Assembly: GCA_035381305.1 (NCBI GenBank)
Contig: DAOSYK010000004.1
Coordinates: forward strand, 9,948-73,947
Direction of reading: 5' to 3'
Length of the DNA: 64,000 nucleotides
Source of the DNA: Clostridia bacterium
GTDB lineage: Bacteria; Bacillota; Clostridia; Christensenellales; DTU072
Notes under the pieces: model-generated
Seen by the model: the letters and a program-made list of their open reading frames with translations, nothing else
Databases searched by the model: none
Told to the model about the DNA's origin: nothing
Shown here: positions 18,973 to 28,701 of the stretch, one piece after another
How the letters are laid out: the number at the start of each line of letters is the position of its first letter
Numbering within the stretch: position 1 is the first letter of the stretch
Position numbers and translations under genes: made by a program

Positions 18973-20460
18973 ATGAAGAAAATCGGTTTTGACAGCGCCA
19001 GATATCTGGCCATGCAATCTCAGAAAATTTCCGAACGCATAGAAGAATTCGGCGGAAAGCTGTATCTCGAATTCGGCGGAAAGCTCTTTGACGACTTCCA
19101 CGCCGCAAGGGTGCTTCCGGGCTTTGCTCCCGATAACAAAATCGTCATGCTTCAGCAGCTCAAGGACAAAGCCGAGATAGTCATCGCAATTAACGCGATA
19201 GACATCGCCAAAAACAAACTCCGCGCCGACCTTGGCATAACCTACGACGACGACGTCCTTCGCCTTATCGACGTATTCAGAAGTAAAGGTTTGTATGTCG
19301 GCAGCGTTGTGATAAGTCAATTTTCCGACGACAACCAGAGCGCGATTGCGTTCAAACAAAAACTGGAAAAACTCAATCTAAAAGTCTACCGCCATTATCC
19401 CATCAAGGGCTATCCCAACAACGTGTCGCTGATTATCAGCGACGAAGGATACGGCAAAAACGACTACATCGAAACAAGCCGCCAGCTTATCGTCGTCACC
19501 GCCCCGGGCCCCAACAGCGGTAAAATGGCGACATGCCTCAGCCAGCTTTTCCACGACTTCAAGCGGGGAATTAAGGCGGGATACGCAAAGTACGAGACCT
19601 TCCCCATCTGGAATCTCCCTCTCGACCACCCAGTAAACATAGCTTATGAAGCGGCGACAGCCGACCTCAACGACGTAAACATGCTCGACCCGTGGCACTT
19701 TGCCGCCTACAACGAAAAGGTGGTCAACTACAACCGCGACGTCGAAGTCTTCCCCGTCCTCAACGTGCTGTTTGAGAAGATAATGGGCAAATCCCCCTAC
19801 AAGTCTCCCACCGACATGGGCGTAAACATGGCGGGATTCTGCATATCCGACGACGAGGTATGCGTAGAGGCGTCAAAACAGGAGATAATCAGACGCTACC
19901 TAAACGCGCGCGTCGGCGAGAGGAAAAACACCTCTAACGGAAACGAAACCCAGAAGATAAAAATCCTTATGGACAAACTGGGCTTAAGCCCAAACGACAG
20001 AACGGTAGTCCCTGCGGCAATCGCCTGCGCCCAGAGAACGGGCACGCCCAGCGCCGCGTTGCAGCTTAACGACGGCCGTATAATAACGGGCAAGACCACC
20101 GACCTTATGGGGTGCTCGAGTACCGTTCTGCTCAATTCTCTCAAAGCTCTCGCGGGGATAGACGACGAGGTTAAGCTGATATCTCCTGCCGCGATTGAGC
20201 CGATTCAGGCACTCAAAACACGCTTTTTGGGAAGCCATAACCCCCGTTTGCATACCGACGAGGTCCTTATTGCGCTGTCTATAAGCGCGGCAACCGACGA
20301 CAGGGCAAAGGCGGCGATGGCTCAGCTCAACAACCTCGAGGGATGTGAAATTCACACAACGACCATACTCGGCTCTGTGGACGAACGCGTCTTCCGCAGT
20401 CTGGGGCTCAACGTCACCAGCGAGCCTGTCTACTCGACAAAGAAGCTGTATCACAAGTGA
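18973..20460 (+). CDS. DUF1846/UPF0371 family protein
   Basis: 495 aa. The N-terminus [23 protein letters not shown]…[15 protein letters not shown] matches my recollection of the UPF0371 family. It is a clear coding ORF with its own promoter and terminator. Confidence 0.7.
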   Translation: MKKIGFDSARYLAMQSQKISERIEEFGGKLYLEFGGKLFDDFHAARVLPGFAPDNKIVMLQQLKDKAEIVIAINAIDIAKNKLRADLGITYDDDVLRLIDVFRSKGLYVGSVVISQFSDDNQSAIAFKQKLEKLNLKVYRHYPIKGYPNNVSLIISDEGYGKNDYIETSRQLIVVTAPGPNSGKMATCLSQLFHDFKRGIKAGYAKYETFPIWNLPLDHPVNIAYEAATADLNDVNMLDPWHFAAYNEKVVNYNRDVEVFPVLNVLFEKIMGKSPYKSPTDMGVNMAGFCISDDEVCVEASKQEIIRRYLNARVGERKNTSNGNETQKIKILMDKLGLSPNDRTVVPAAIACAQRTGTPSAALQLNDGRIITGKTTDLMGCSSTVLLNSLKALAGIDDEVKLISPAAIEPIQALKTRFLGSHNPRLHTDEVLIALSISAATDDRAKAAMAQLNNLEGCEIHTTTILGSVDERVFRSLGLNVTSEPVYSTKKLYHK

Positions 20461-20470
20461 TACGCGAGAA

Positions 20471-20499
20471 AAAAAGCGCGGAGCCTTCCGCGCTTTTTT
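20471..20499. terminator. bidirectional rho-independent terminator between convergent genes
   Basis: AAAAA-GCGCGGA-GCCT-TCCGCGC-TTTTTT: a 7-bp GC stem flanked by an A-run and a T-run. Confidence 0.8.
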
Positions 20500-20531
20500 A
20501 TTAATAAGGGTTTCTCCCACTTTTAGTCAGC

Positions 20532-21005
20532 TCATAAGTATTCCCTGATAATCTTATAGTTTTCGGCGAGGCGGTCAAGACTGACGGCGCAGTTGGCGGG
20601 GCTGGGACTGGGAAGGCAGATGCTTTCGCGCCCTGTCAGCTGCTTGTAAAGGCGGGTGGCAGTGGCGCCGGTTGTGAAAACCGCGCGTATGTCGGCGACG
20701 GAGAAGATTGTCTCAAAGTCGTTGGGGGTGGCGTTGGCGATCGTGCTATCGCTCGCGCCCACTATCTCGCAGCTGTTTATTACGTCCCACATCGCTATAC
20801 CGTTTTGTAGCAGAAAGGCTTTTTTGCCCTCGATGTCGTCGGGAATTTCGGCATCAAAGATAAGAGACATCACTTTCCAGAAGCGGTTTTGCGGATGGCC
20901 GTAAAAAAAGCCCGCTTCCCTCGACTTGGGGGAAGGAAACGAGCCTAAGATTAATACTTTTGAGTTTTCGTCAAATACAGGTTTTATAGGATGGTATATA
21001 AGCAT
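20532..21005 (-). CDS. uracil-DNA glycosylase superfamily protein, deoxyinosine/hypoxanthine-DNA glycosylase-like
   Basis: 157 aa. The LILGSFPSPKS and GHPQNRFW motifs are characteristic of this small UDG-superfamily branch. Confidence 0.7.
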   Translation of the reverse strand: MLIYHPIKPVFDENSKVLILGSFPSPKSREAGFFYGHPQNRFWKVMSLIFDAEIPDDIEGKKAFLLQNGIAMWDVINSCEIVGASDSTIANATPNDFETIFSVADIRAVFTTGATATRLYKQLTGRESICLPSPSPANCAVSLDRLAENYKIIREYL

Positions 21006-22762
21006 TACTTTCTGAGACTGATTACTACATAGGTATCGGACGGCGGGGTGTCAAGCACGTAGTTGGAGGCGTAATTTCCCCAGATGCCGTCGTCAATGAG
21101 TTTCTTAATAAGCAGATTTTTACCGCTGAAAAATTCCGACACGTCGGTAATGACGTTGTCGGTGTATCCCGCGATCATGGTCTTTACAAAGTCGCTGCCG
21201 ATGTTTTCAAAGTCATTTTCGATTACGCCCTTGATGAGGTTGCCCACGGTGTAATTATAGGCGGTGAAAAGTTTTAGCCCAAACGGCACGATATTGGAGT
21301 CATAGCACTCGAGGATGCCGTCCTTGAACAGCTTGTCGAGGTCGACGTCGATGACGGGATAAGACGGCGCGGCGGCGGCAAGAAGGCCGCTTGCCTCATC
21401 GAGATAGTAAAACGCCGAAAACAGCGAATATTTAATGATATTCAGGTCGGGCGCGTTTACAAGGTTTTCGTCTCCCCCGAAGAGTATTGCCGCCATACGG
21501 GGAGCAAGCTCGACGAGGTTTTTGTATTGCGTTGTGGGCATGGATATACCATACTCGTTGAGAATGCGCTCGAGGGATGTGTTGTTGTCCTCGTCCTTTA
21601 TATAGAAAGGATTGTTGAGTACCTTTGCGACAACTTCATCGGCAAGCACTGCAAACGCCGCTTTTGCCTCGCCCGAAACATTTATATTTCTGCACCTCGA
21701 AACGACGCTCGCCGCCAAAGAGCTTATATAATTGCTGAAGTGCTCAAAACAGTAATTCTGAAGCCCTTTCGCTATCTTGTCCCTTATCTCCTGCGGGCAG
21801 ACCGAGGGAAGGTACTCTTCCTTGACGTTGTCAAAGCTGACGGTGTTGACGGTGATTGATTTCTTTTTGAGGCTTAATTCCTTATACGCACACGGGAAGA
21901 ACACAAGGGAACCCGCCGCGACTTCGTACAGCTCGTTGCCGTTGTCGGCCTTATACGTGATGATGTCCTGGACGTGGTCGTGTCCTGCAAGAATGAGCTT
22001 TGCGCCCTTTTCGGCGACGCTCTTTACAAGTTTACCCTGCTGGGTGGTCGTGGCGCGGTCAAACGCTATCTGCGCAATTTCGGGGAAGTGGTTAATAAAT
22101 GTGTCGTGCGCAAGGATAATGGGCGTAACTTTATCGTTATTGCATGCATCGACCTGTTTTTTCACCCATTCGATGTTGGTTTCGCTCAAAGGTTCGGGCT
22201 TTTCGAATGTCTCGTTTTCGTCGTACCTCGGCATATTGTCCACCGCAATCAAGCGGAAGTTTTTATTTATGTCGGCGACATACCCCAAGGAATAGGGGCT
22301 TACTTCTTTAGCCTCGGCATAGCCGAAATCGTTGTAAATCTCCTTAAAGCGGGCGGCCGAAATCTTCCTGCCGATTTCGCCCTTGTTACTGGGTAAATCG
22401 TGGTTGCCGTTTACTACATAGACCTGAATCCCTGCGTTCTCTAGGCGTTTGAACGCCGCGGCAGCGGCAAGGTGCGACGCTTCGTCGCCGCTTTGGGTTA
22501 TATCCCCGCTCACAAAAACGCCCTTGTACTTTTTCGCTATAATCTCATCCACCAAGGAATTGAGAATTGCTTCCGATATGTGGACGGATTTTTCCTGACG
22601 GACATAGGACGCATAATTTTCCTCGGTGAAAACGCTGTTTGCAACCACATGAAGGTCGGTTATGAACACATAGTCGTACCTCGGCCTGTTTTCGCACGCG
22701 GCAAGAGGCAGCGTAAAGCATACGAGAATGAGGATTATGAATAGCGAAACAAGTTTTTTCAT
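21005..22762 (-). CDS. secreted/lipoprotein metallophosphoesterase
   Basis: 585 aa with a signal peptide and lipobox (LPLAAC). The calcineurin-like motifs are DLHV, GDITQSGD, GNHD and GHDH. Confidence 0.85.
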   Translation of the reverse strand: MKKLVSLFIILILVCFTLPLAACENRPRYDYVFITDLHVVANSVFTEENYASYVRQEKSVHISEAILNSLVDEIIAKKYKGVFVSGDITQSGDEASHLAAAAAFKRLENAGIQVYVVNGNHDLPSNKGEIGRKISAARFKEIYNDFGYAEAKEVSPYSLGYVADINKNFRLIAVDNMPRYDENETFEKPEPLSETNIEWVKKQVDACNNDKVTPIILAHDTFINHFPEIAQIAFDRATTTQQGKLVKSVAEKGAKLILAGHDHVQDIITYKADNGNELYEVAAGSLVFFPCAYKELSLKKKSITVNTVSFDNVKEEYLPSVCPQEIRDKIAKGLQNYCFEHFSNYISSLAASVVSRCRNINVSGEAKAAFAVLADEVVAKVLNNPFYIKDEDNNTSLERILNEYGISMPTTQYKNLVELAPRMAAILFGGDENLVNAPDLNIIKYSLFSAFYYLDEASGLLAAAAPSYPVIDVDLDKLFKDGILECYDSNIVPFGLKLFTAYNYTVGNLIKGVIENDFENIGSDFVKTMIAGYTDNVITDVSEFFSGKNLLIKKLIDDGIWGNYASNYVLDTPPSDTYVVISLRK

Positions 22763-22833
22763 ACGGATTTTTCCTTTTTGTTGATTTCTCCGTCTTTAGT
22801 GTGTATCAAAATAATTCCTTTCTGCAGTTATGC

Positions 22834-23274
22834 CTATCTGTAACGCCTGCGGCGGCGCGGTATGTTTTCATTATATGTCTTATCTTTGTCTTTCGATTTA
22901 GCAAAAAGCGCGAAAAAGCACGGTATACAGCAGATTGACTGCACAATAAGGCCGATTATTCCCCCGCCTATTCCGCATTTTCTGACATCAAAAAAGCCCA
23001 CCGCGAGGAATATTATTATTCCCAGAGCGATGAGCAGTATCCCCAAAACGAGACTGGTCTTTAATATAATATAGCCGGCGAGAATGACTGCCGCTGCAAC
23101 TATCAGGGCAATCCCGCCATTGTAAAGGTGATAATTGTACTTTTTTTTGTACACGCGGTCAGCAATCAGCATAAACGCTCCGAGAACGATTATGCCCGCA
23201 ATTGCCAATAACGCTATCTTCCACCAGCTCAATTTTCGCTCCTTTTTGCGGCTTTCAATTCCATCATAGCACAC
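22834..23274 (-). CDS. small hypothetical membrane protein
   Basis: 146 aa with 4 hydrophobic segments and a basic tail (RRRRRYR). It lies 22 nt downstream of lysA. The function is unknown. Confidence 0.55.
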   Translation of the reverse strand: MCYDGIESRKKERKLSWWKIALLAIAGIIVLGAFMLIADRVYKKKYNYHLYNGGIALIVAAAVILAGYIILKTSLVLGILLIALGIIIFLAVGFFDVRKCGIGGGIIGLIVQSICCIPCFFALFAKSKDKDKTYNENIPRRRRRYR

Positions 23275-23296
23275 AAGAAGAAGCGTTACAAGAGCC

Positions 23297-24592
23297 TTAT
23301 AACTCTAATTTTGTCAGATCTTCTTCGGTTTCGCGCATTACGGCGAGCTTATCGGCACCGTTTGAGACCAAAACGATGGGCGGCCTCGGTATCCTGTTGT
23401 AGTGCGAGCTCATGGCGTAATTGTAGGCGCCTGTGACCAACACGGCGATAATATCCCCTCTGACAGGACGCGCGATAAGCGTGTTTTCCTGGATGAGGTC
23501 GCCGCTCTCGCAGCACCTGCCCGCGACTGTGCACCTGTAGTCGGGCGTCTTGTCCGCCTTATTGGCAACGATGACGGTATAGGGCGACTGGTAGAGGGCG
23601 TAGCGCGGATTGTCGGTCATACCGCCGTCGATGGACACGTAATTCTTAAAGCCGGGTATCTCCTTTACGCTGCCCACCGTATACAGGGTTATTCCCGCGT
23701 CGGCGACTATGCTCCTTCCCGGCTCCATGAGTATGACGGGGCGGACCAAGGAGAGCTTTTCGCAAACGGCGTTTATGTGGTCGGCGATCGCCTTTATGTT
23801 CTTTTCATAATCGATTTCGGGGTGGTCTTCAACATACCTTACCGCAAAACCGCCGCCTAAGTTGAGGTATTTTGCCATAAAGCCGTACTTTGTGAAGGTC
23901 CTTGCGATAAACTTCAGCATGACTTCGGCGGCCTCGAGGTAGGGTGTGCACTCAAAAATCTGGCTCCCGATATGGCAGTGGAAGCCCTGAAGCTCGATAT
24001 TCTTCTTGGAGAGCGCGAAAGCCGTGATAAATTCGGCTTGATTTGTGCCTATCGCCTGGCCGAACTTGCTGTCAATGTTGCCGGTCGTTATCGCCTTATG
24101 GGTGTGGGGGTCGATGCCGGGGGTTAGGCGCAAAAGGACTTTCTGCCTTATACCCGCCTGGCCTGCAACGCGGTCGATAGCTTCAAGTTCTTCAACATTG
24201 TCGGCGACGAAAAAGCCCACATGGTTATCGATGGCATACTTTATGTCGCGGTCGGTCTTGTTGTTGCCGTGGAAAAAGGCTCTCTCCATGGGAAAACCCG
24301 CACTCACGGCGGTATAGATTTCGCCCGAGGAAACGACATCGATGCCTATTCCCTCTTCCTTTGCTATCCTGTATATGCCCTTAAAGCATAAAGCCTTGCT
24401 GGCATAAAGGGGCATAGAGCCTGCGCCGAAATGCTTTTCCATCGCGCTCTTATACAGGCGGCAGCGGGTGCGGATTTTGTCCTCGTCAAGGAGCATCAGG
24501 GGCGTGCCGTACTTTTCGGCAAGTTTTACGGTGTCACATCCGGCAAACTCGAGTACTCCTTTTTCATTTATCTTAAGATTGTCGTGCAGCAT
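23297..24592 (-). CDS. lysA: diaminopimelate decarboxylase
   Basis: 431 aa. Has the PLP-lysine region PLYASKA, plus NLGGGF and CESGD motifs. Confidence 0.93.
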   Translation of the reverse strand: MLHDNLKINEKGVLEFAGCDTVKLAEKYGTPLMLLDEDKIRTRCRLYKSAMEKHFGAGSMPLYASKALCFKGIYRIAKEEGIGIDVVSSGEIYTAVSAGFPMERAFFHGNNKTDRDIKYAIDNHVGFFVADNVEELEAIDRVAGQAGIRQKVLLRLTPGIDPHTHKAITTGNIDSKFGQAIGTNQAEFITAFALSKKNIELQGFHCHIGSQIFECTPYLEAAEVMLKFIARTFTKYGFMAKYLNLGGGFAVRYVEDHPEIDYEKNIKAIADHINAVCEKLSLVRPVILMEPGRSIVADAGITLYTVGSVKEIPGFKNYVSIDGGMTDNPRYALYQSPYTVIVANKADKTPDYRCTVAGRCCESGDLIQENTLIARPVRGDIIAVLVTGAYNYAMSSHYNRIPRPPIVLVSNGADKLAVMRETEEDLTKLEL

Positions 24593-24610
24593 TTGTACCT
24601 CACTTGTTTT

Positions 24611-25789
24611 TTACAGCAGATTATCCAGTCTGTTTACCGCCTCTATGGTCGACTCGCGGTCGCCGAAAGACGTCAGCCTGAAATATCCTTCGCCCGCCGA
24701 GCCGAATCCCGCGCCGGGAGTGCCGACGACCTGCGCCTTGTCGAGCAGATAGTCGAAGAACTCCCACGAGGTCATTCCGCTTGGGCATTGCATCCAGATA
24801 TAGGGGGAGGAAATTCCGCCCGTGAAGAATATTCTCTTTTTCTTTAAGAGTTCGGCAAGCAGCCTTGCGTTTTCCATATAATATCCGATGAGCTGGGCGC
24901 ATTCTGCCTGACCTTTCTCGGTAAGCACGGCCTCGGCGCCTCTTTGTATTATATAGGGCACGCCGTTGAACTTGGTCGCCTGTCTGCGCGCCCAGAGCTT
25001 GTTAAGGTTCATGCATTTGCTCTCAAGCGCGGCGGGAATAACCGTCCACGCGCACCTTGTGCCCGTAAAGCCCGCCATCTTGGAAAAACTGCAGACTTCA
25101 ATCGCGCACGCTCTCGCGCCGTCGATTTCGTATATAGAGTGTGGGTAAGAACCCTTGATAAAGCTCTCGTACGCGGCGTCGAAAATGATAAGCGAGCCTG
25201 TCTCAAGCGCGTAGTTTACCCACTTTCCGAGTTGTTCGTAGCTGTAGACCGCGCCCGTCGGATTGTTGGGCGAGCAGAGGTAAATTACCGCGCAATCCTT
25301 GTGCTTGGGAGGCATGGGCAAGAACTTGTTGTCCTTGTTTGCATCGAGAAACTCCACCTTTCTCCCGCTCATTACGTTGCTGTCAAGGTAAACAGGGTAA
25401 ACGGGATTGGGGATGAGCACCTTATTGTCGCCCAAGATGTCGACGATGTTGCCGAGGTCGCTCTTTGCTCCGTCGCTCACGAAAATCTCCTCGCCGCTCA
25501 GTTCCACTTTGAATTTCTTATAGTGTTTTGCTATCGCCTGGCGCAAAAAGTCGTAGCCGTACTCGGGGGCGTATCCGCGGAAGGTCTCCTTAACGCTCAT
25601 TTCCCTTACGGCTTTTTCCATGGCTTCAACAGCCGAGGAAGGAAGGGGCAGGGTCACGTCGCCTATTCCCAGTCTGATGACTTTTTTGTCGGGGTGGGTG
25701 GCGGTGTATGCCTTTACTCTTTTTGCTACCTCGGAAAAGAGATAGCTTTCCTTGATGTCCTTGTAATTCTCGTTGAGCTTAATCTTCAT
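24611..25789 (-). CDS. dapL: LL-diaminopimelate aminotransferase
   Basis: Class I aminotransferase with the PLP-lysine motif SFSKMAGFTGTR and an N-terminal NENYKDIKESYLF. The start was set at MKIKLNENY because GGAG lies 9 nt upstream; the earlier ATGs lack an RBS. Confidence 0.85.
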   Translation of the reverse strand: MKIKLNENYKDIKESYLFSEVAKRVKAYTATHPDKKVIRLGIGDVTLPLPSSAVEAMEKAVREMSVKETFRGYAPEYGYDFLRQAIAKHYKKFKVELSGEEIFVSDGAKSDLGNIVDILGDNKVLIPNPVYPVYLDSNVMSGRKVEFLDANKDNKFLPMPPKHKDCAVIYLCSPNNPTGAVYSYEQLGKWVNYALETGSLIIFDAAYESFIKGSYPHSIYEIDGARACAIEVCSFSKMAGFTGTRCAWTVIPAALESKCMNLNKLWARRQATKFNGVPYIIQRGAEAVLTEKGQAECAQLIGYYMENARLLAELLKKKRIFFTGGISSPYIWMQCPSGMTSWEFFDYLLDKAQVVGTPGAGFGSAGEGYFRLTSFGDRESTIEAVNRLDNLL

Positions 25790-26627
25790 ATTCATATACT
25801 CCGTCATAAACTTTTGTCGCTGTTCCCGTCATGTATACCCTGAGGTCTTTGTTGCAGATTATGGAAAGTTCTCCGCCGATGAGCTTTACCGTAATGGGGG
25901 TATTGTAGTCACAGTGGCCGTTCAATATGGCGGCGACCACGCACGCGCACGAGCCTGTGCCGCAGGCGTATGTCTCACCGCTGCCCCTCTCCCATACGCG
26001 CATTTTGAGCGTTTTTTTGTCAATAACTTTAACAAACTCGGTATTCACCCGCTCGGGGAATATCGCGAGGTTTTCAAACACAGGGCCGATTTTTTCCAGT
26101 TCCAGTTCATCCACGTCGTCACAGAAGATGACCGAGTGAGGGTTGCCCATGGATACGGCGGTGATGTTGTACATCTTTTTGCCCACCAGCACCTTTTCGT
26201 TTATCATGGGCTTGGAAGAAATCACGGGGATTTTTTCAGGCTCCAGTGTGGCAATACCCATATCGACCTGCACTGTGTAGACCTTGCCGTCAACTACGTT
26301 TAGTTCGAGATATTTTATACCGCTAAGCGTCTCAATGGCAAGCGACGTCTTTTTGACAATGCCGTTATCGTAAAGGTATTTACCCACGCAGCGAATGGCG
26401 TTTCCGCACATCTTTCCTTCGCTGCCGTCGGCGTTGAACATTCTCATCCTTGCGTCGGCGACTTTGGACGGACAGATGAGCACAATGCCGTCTGCGCCCA
26501 CCGAAAAGTGGCGGGGCGACATCTTCTCGGCAAGAAGGGACGGATTTTCTATCTCTTTGTCGAGGCAATTAATATAGATATAGTCATTGCCCGCGCCGTG
26601 CATTTTGGTAAAATTTATCTTCTTCAT
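25779..26627 (-). CDS. dapF: diaminopimelate epimerase
   Basis: 282 aa with both catalytic Cys motifs (MCGNAIRC and YACGTGSCA). Confidence 0.93.
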   Translation of the reverse strand: MKKINFTKMHGAGNDYIYINCLDKEIENPSLLAEKMSPRHFSVGADGIVLICPSKVADARMRMFNADGSEGKMCGNAIRCVGKYLYDNGIVKKTSLAIETLSGIKYLELNVVDGKVYTVQVDMGIATLEPEKIPVISSKPMINEKVLVGKKMYNITAVSMGNPHSVIFCDDVDELELEKIGPVFENLAIFPERVNTEFVKVIDKKTLKMRVWERGSGETYACGTGSCACVVAAILNGHCDYNTPITVKLIGGELSIICNKDLRVYMTGTATKVYDGVYEYED

Positions 26628-27370
26628 TTCGTAAGCATATCCTTCATGTTGTAGAGACCCGTTTTTTGCTCGATAATAAATCTCGCCGCCTTAAGACTGC
26701 CCTCGGCAAACAAGGTTCTGGTATGCGCGCTGTGCTTTAACGTTATGGTCTGCGTGTCGGTACCGATGATTACTTCGTGGTCGCCGATTACTCCGCCCAG
26801 CCTTACGGCGTGTATGCCTATATCGTTTGGCTCGCGTTTGGCATTGCCTTCCCTTCCGTACACAAAGCGGGCGTCGGTCTTGACCTCTTTTATCACGTTG
26901 GCAATCATGAGCGCGGTTCCGCTGGGTGCGTCGAGCTTTTTGTTGTGGTGAGTTTCGATAATCTCGACGTCGGCGTCGGGCATGACGCTCACCGCCTTTT
27001 TGGCAAGCTCGATAAGGAGTACTATCCCGAGCGACATATTGCCCGACAAAAACACCGGCACTTTCTTGGCGGTATCTCTTATAAGCTCGAGTTCTTCCTC
27101 GGTATGTCCCGTCGTGGCGATTACCAGTGGCGTGTCTGTCTTTTCGGCATACTTGCACAGTTTTGCCGTGGCACTGTGGTGGGAAAAGTCAATAATGACG
27201 TCTGCGCCCTTGACAACAAAGGCGAGGTCACTGTAAGTTTTGTCGGCGTCGTTGTTCTCCAACGACACGTCGACAAAAGCATAGGGTTCGGCATTTTGGT
27301 ATCCCGATTTTATAAATTTGGATACCTCAAGACCCATTTTCCCGTTTGCGCCATGTAATATTACTTTCAT
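26624..27370 (-). CDS. dapB: 4-hydroxy-tetrahydrodipicolinate reductase
   Basis: 248 aa with N-terminal GANGKMG and ETHHNKKLDAPSGTA motifs. Confidence 0.93.
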   Translation of the reverse strand: MKVILHGANGKMGLEVSKFIKSGYQNAEPYAFVDVSLENNDADKTYSDLAFVVKGADVIIDFSHHSATAKLCKYAEKTDTPLVIATTGHTEEELELIRDTAKKVPVFLSGNMSLGIVLLIELAKKAVSVMPDADVEIIETHHNKKLDAPSGTALMIANVIKEVKTDARFVYGREGNAKREPNDIGIHAVRLGGVIGDHEVIIGTDTQTITLKHSAHTRTLFAEGSLKAARFIIEQKTGLYNMKDMLTK

Positions 27371-27388
27371 GGTTTTCTCCTTTTGTTT

Positions 27389-28276
27389 TTATACGTTAAG
27401 TCCTGCCTCGCGCATGCAAACAAGCATCTTCTGGAACTTGGTTTCGTCCATAGTGGTAAGCGGCAGTCTAACCGAATTTTCGCAGATACCCATTGCCGCG
27501 CAAGCAGCTTTTACAGGTATGGGATTGACTTCGCTGAACAAGGCATCAATGAGCTTGTGGTACTTTAACTGAAGCTCGAGGCTTCCCTTAATGTCGCCGC
27601 TGAAAAACCTCGTGCAGATTTCCTTTGTTTCACTCGGCATGATGTTACTGAGTACCGAAATTACGCCTTTGCCGCCTAAAGAAAGCAGGGGCACAATCTG
27701 GTCGTCGTTACCCGAATACAGGTCGAGCTTGTCGCCGACAAGGGACATGGTCTCCACTATTTTGGAAATCTGCCCGTTGGCTTCCTTAATCGCTACGATG
27801 TTTTCGTGCTCGGCAAGCGCCTGATAAGTGGTCGGCTCTATGTTTACTCCCGTGCGGCTGGGCACGTTGTAGAGCATCACCGGCTTTGTGCTGGCGTCGG
27901 CGATACGGTTGTACATCTCAATAAGCCCTCTCTGCGTCGCCTTATTATAATAAGGTGTTACGCAAAGCACGGCGTCCGCGCCCATTTCGCATGCTTCTTT
28001 GGTCAGGTCAATGGCATAAGCTGTGTCGTTGCTGCCTGTGCCTGCGATAATCGGTACCTTGCCGTTGGCGCGTTCTACCGCAAAGGCGATAGCCGCTCTG
28101 TGTTCCTCGTCGGTCAAGGTGGACGATTCGCCAGTTGTTCCGCAGACGACTATGCCGTCTATTCCGCTCTCGATCTGCCAGTCAATGAGCTTGCCGAAAC
28201 TTTCAAAGTCGATCTTGTCGTCTCTGAACGGTGTGATTATGGCCGTTGCCGCTCCCTTGAATACTGTCTTTTTCAT
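27389..28276 (-). CDS. dapA: 4-hydroxy-tetrahydrodipicolinate synthase
   Basis: 295 aa with GTTGES, the Schiff-base lysine in VAIKEANG, and a GGGAGGT RBS. Confidence 0.93.
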   Translation of the reverse strand: MKKTVFKGAATAIITPFRDDKIDFESFGKLIDWQIESGIDGIVVCGTTGESSTLTDEEHRAAIAFAVERANGKVPIIAGTGSNDTAYAIDLTKEACEMGADAVLCVTPYYNKATQRGLIEMYNRIADASTKPVMLYNVPSRTGVNIEPTTYQALAEHENIVAIKEANGQISKIVETMSLVGDKLDLYSGNDDQIVPLLSLGGKGVISVLSNIMPSETKEICTRFFSGDIKGSLELQLKYHKLIDALFSEVNPIPVKAACAAMGICENSVRLPLTTMDETKFQKMLVCMREAGLNV

Positions 28277-28295
28277 TACGACCTCCCGATAAAAA

Positions 28296-28548
28296 ATAAA
28301 AGCCGATCTTGCGTCGGCCTTTTGTAATTAAAATATACGCATGCAGTAAAAAACTGGCGTATACTTCATAACAAGTCAGCTCTCCGCAAATTGTTTTCTT
28401 GCGACAGTCGGGAAAATATTGTTTGTCCCGCCCAAGCGAATGGGTGCGTCTCTCCGATTCGCTTTCGGCACAACCCACCTTTTTCGGAGGAAAAACCGAC
28501 GCCGGCTTTGCTCCCCCCGATACTCATCAGATCGCGCGCCTCTAAACT
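28296..28548 (-). promoter_or_regulatory. lysine riboswitch (L-box) with terminator-type expression platform
   Basis: Minus strand reads AGAGGCGCGCGAUCUGAUGAGUAUCGGGGGGAGC…GUGCCGAAAGCGAAUCGGAGAG…GACUGUCGCAAGAAAA, matching the AGAGG(U/C)GC…GAGUA…GCCGAA…CUGUC core of the B. subtilis lysC L-box. It is followed by the hairpin aaaGGCCGA-cgcaaga-UCGGCuuuuAUUUUUU just before the dapA RBS. Confidence 0.85.
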
Positions 28549-28573
28549 GTTATCGAAATATATTGTTATATAT

Positions 28574-28602
28574 ATGGTATAATAATTGCCTCCTTATGTC
28601 AA
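28574..28602 (-). promoter_or_regulatory. promoter of the L-box/dap operon
   Basis: Minus strand reads TTGACA (28597-28602)-17 nt-TACCAT (28574-28579), about 25 nt upstream of the riboswitch. Confidence 0.5.
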
Positions 28603-28641
28603 TTATTTTTCTTTATTATATTCTTTTTTTGTCGATTTTGT

Positions 28642-28679
28642 GTAAAAAGAAAGGGATTCGGACTTGTCCGAATCCCTTT
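28642..28679 (-). terminator. rho-independent terminator of the hydrogenase operon
   Basis: 12-bp stem AAGGGATTCGGA/TCCGAATCCCTT with a 4-nt loop, followed on the minus strand by TCTTTTT. It lies 23 nt after the hydA stop. Confidence 0.8.
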
Positions 28680-28701
28680 GCCGTAATAGGTCGGGAGAGA
28701 A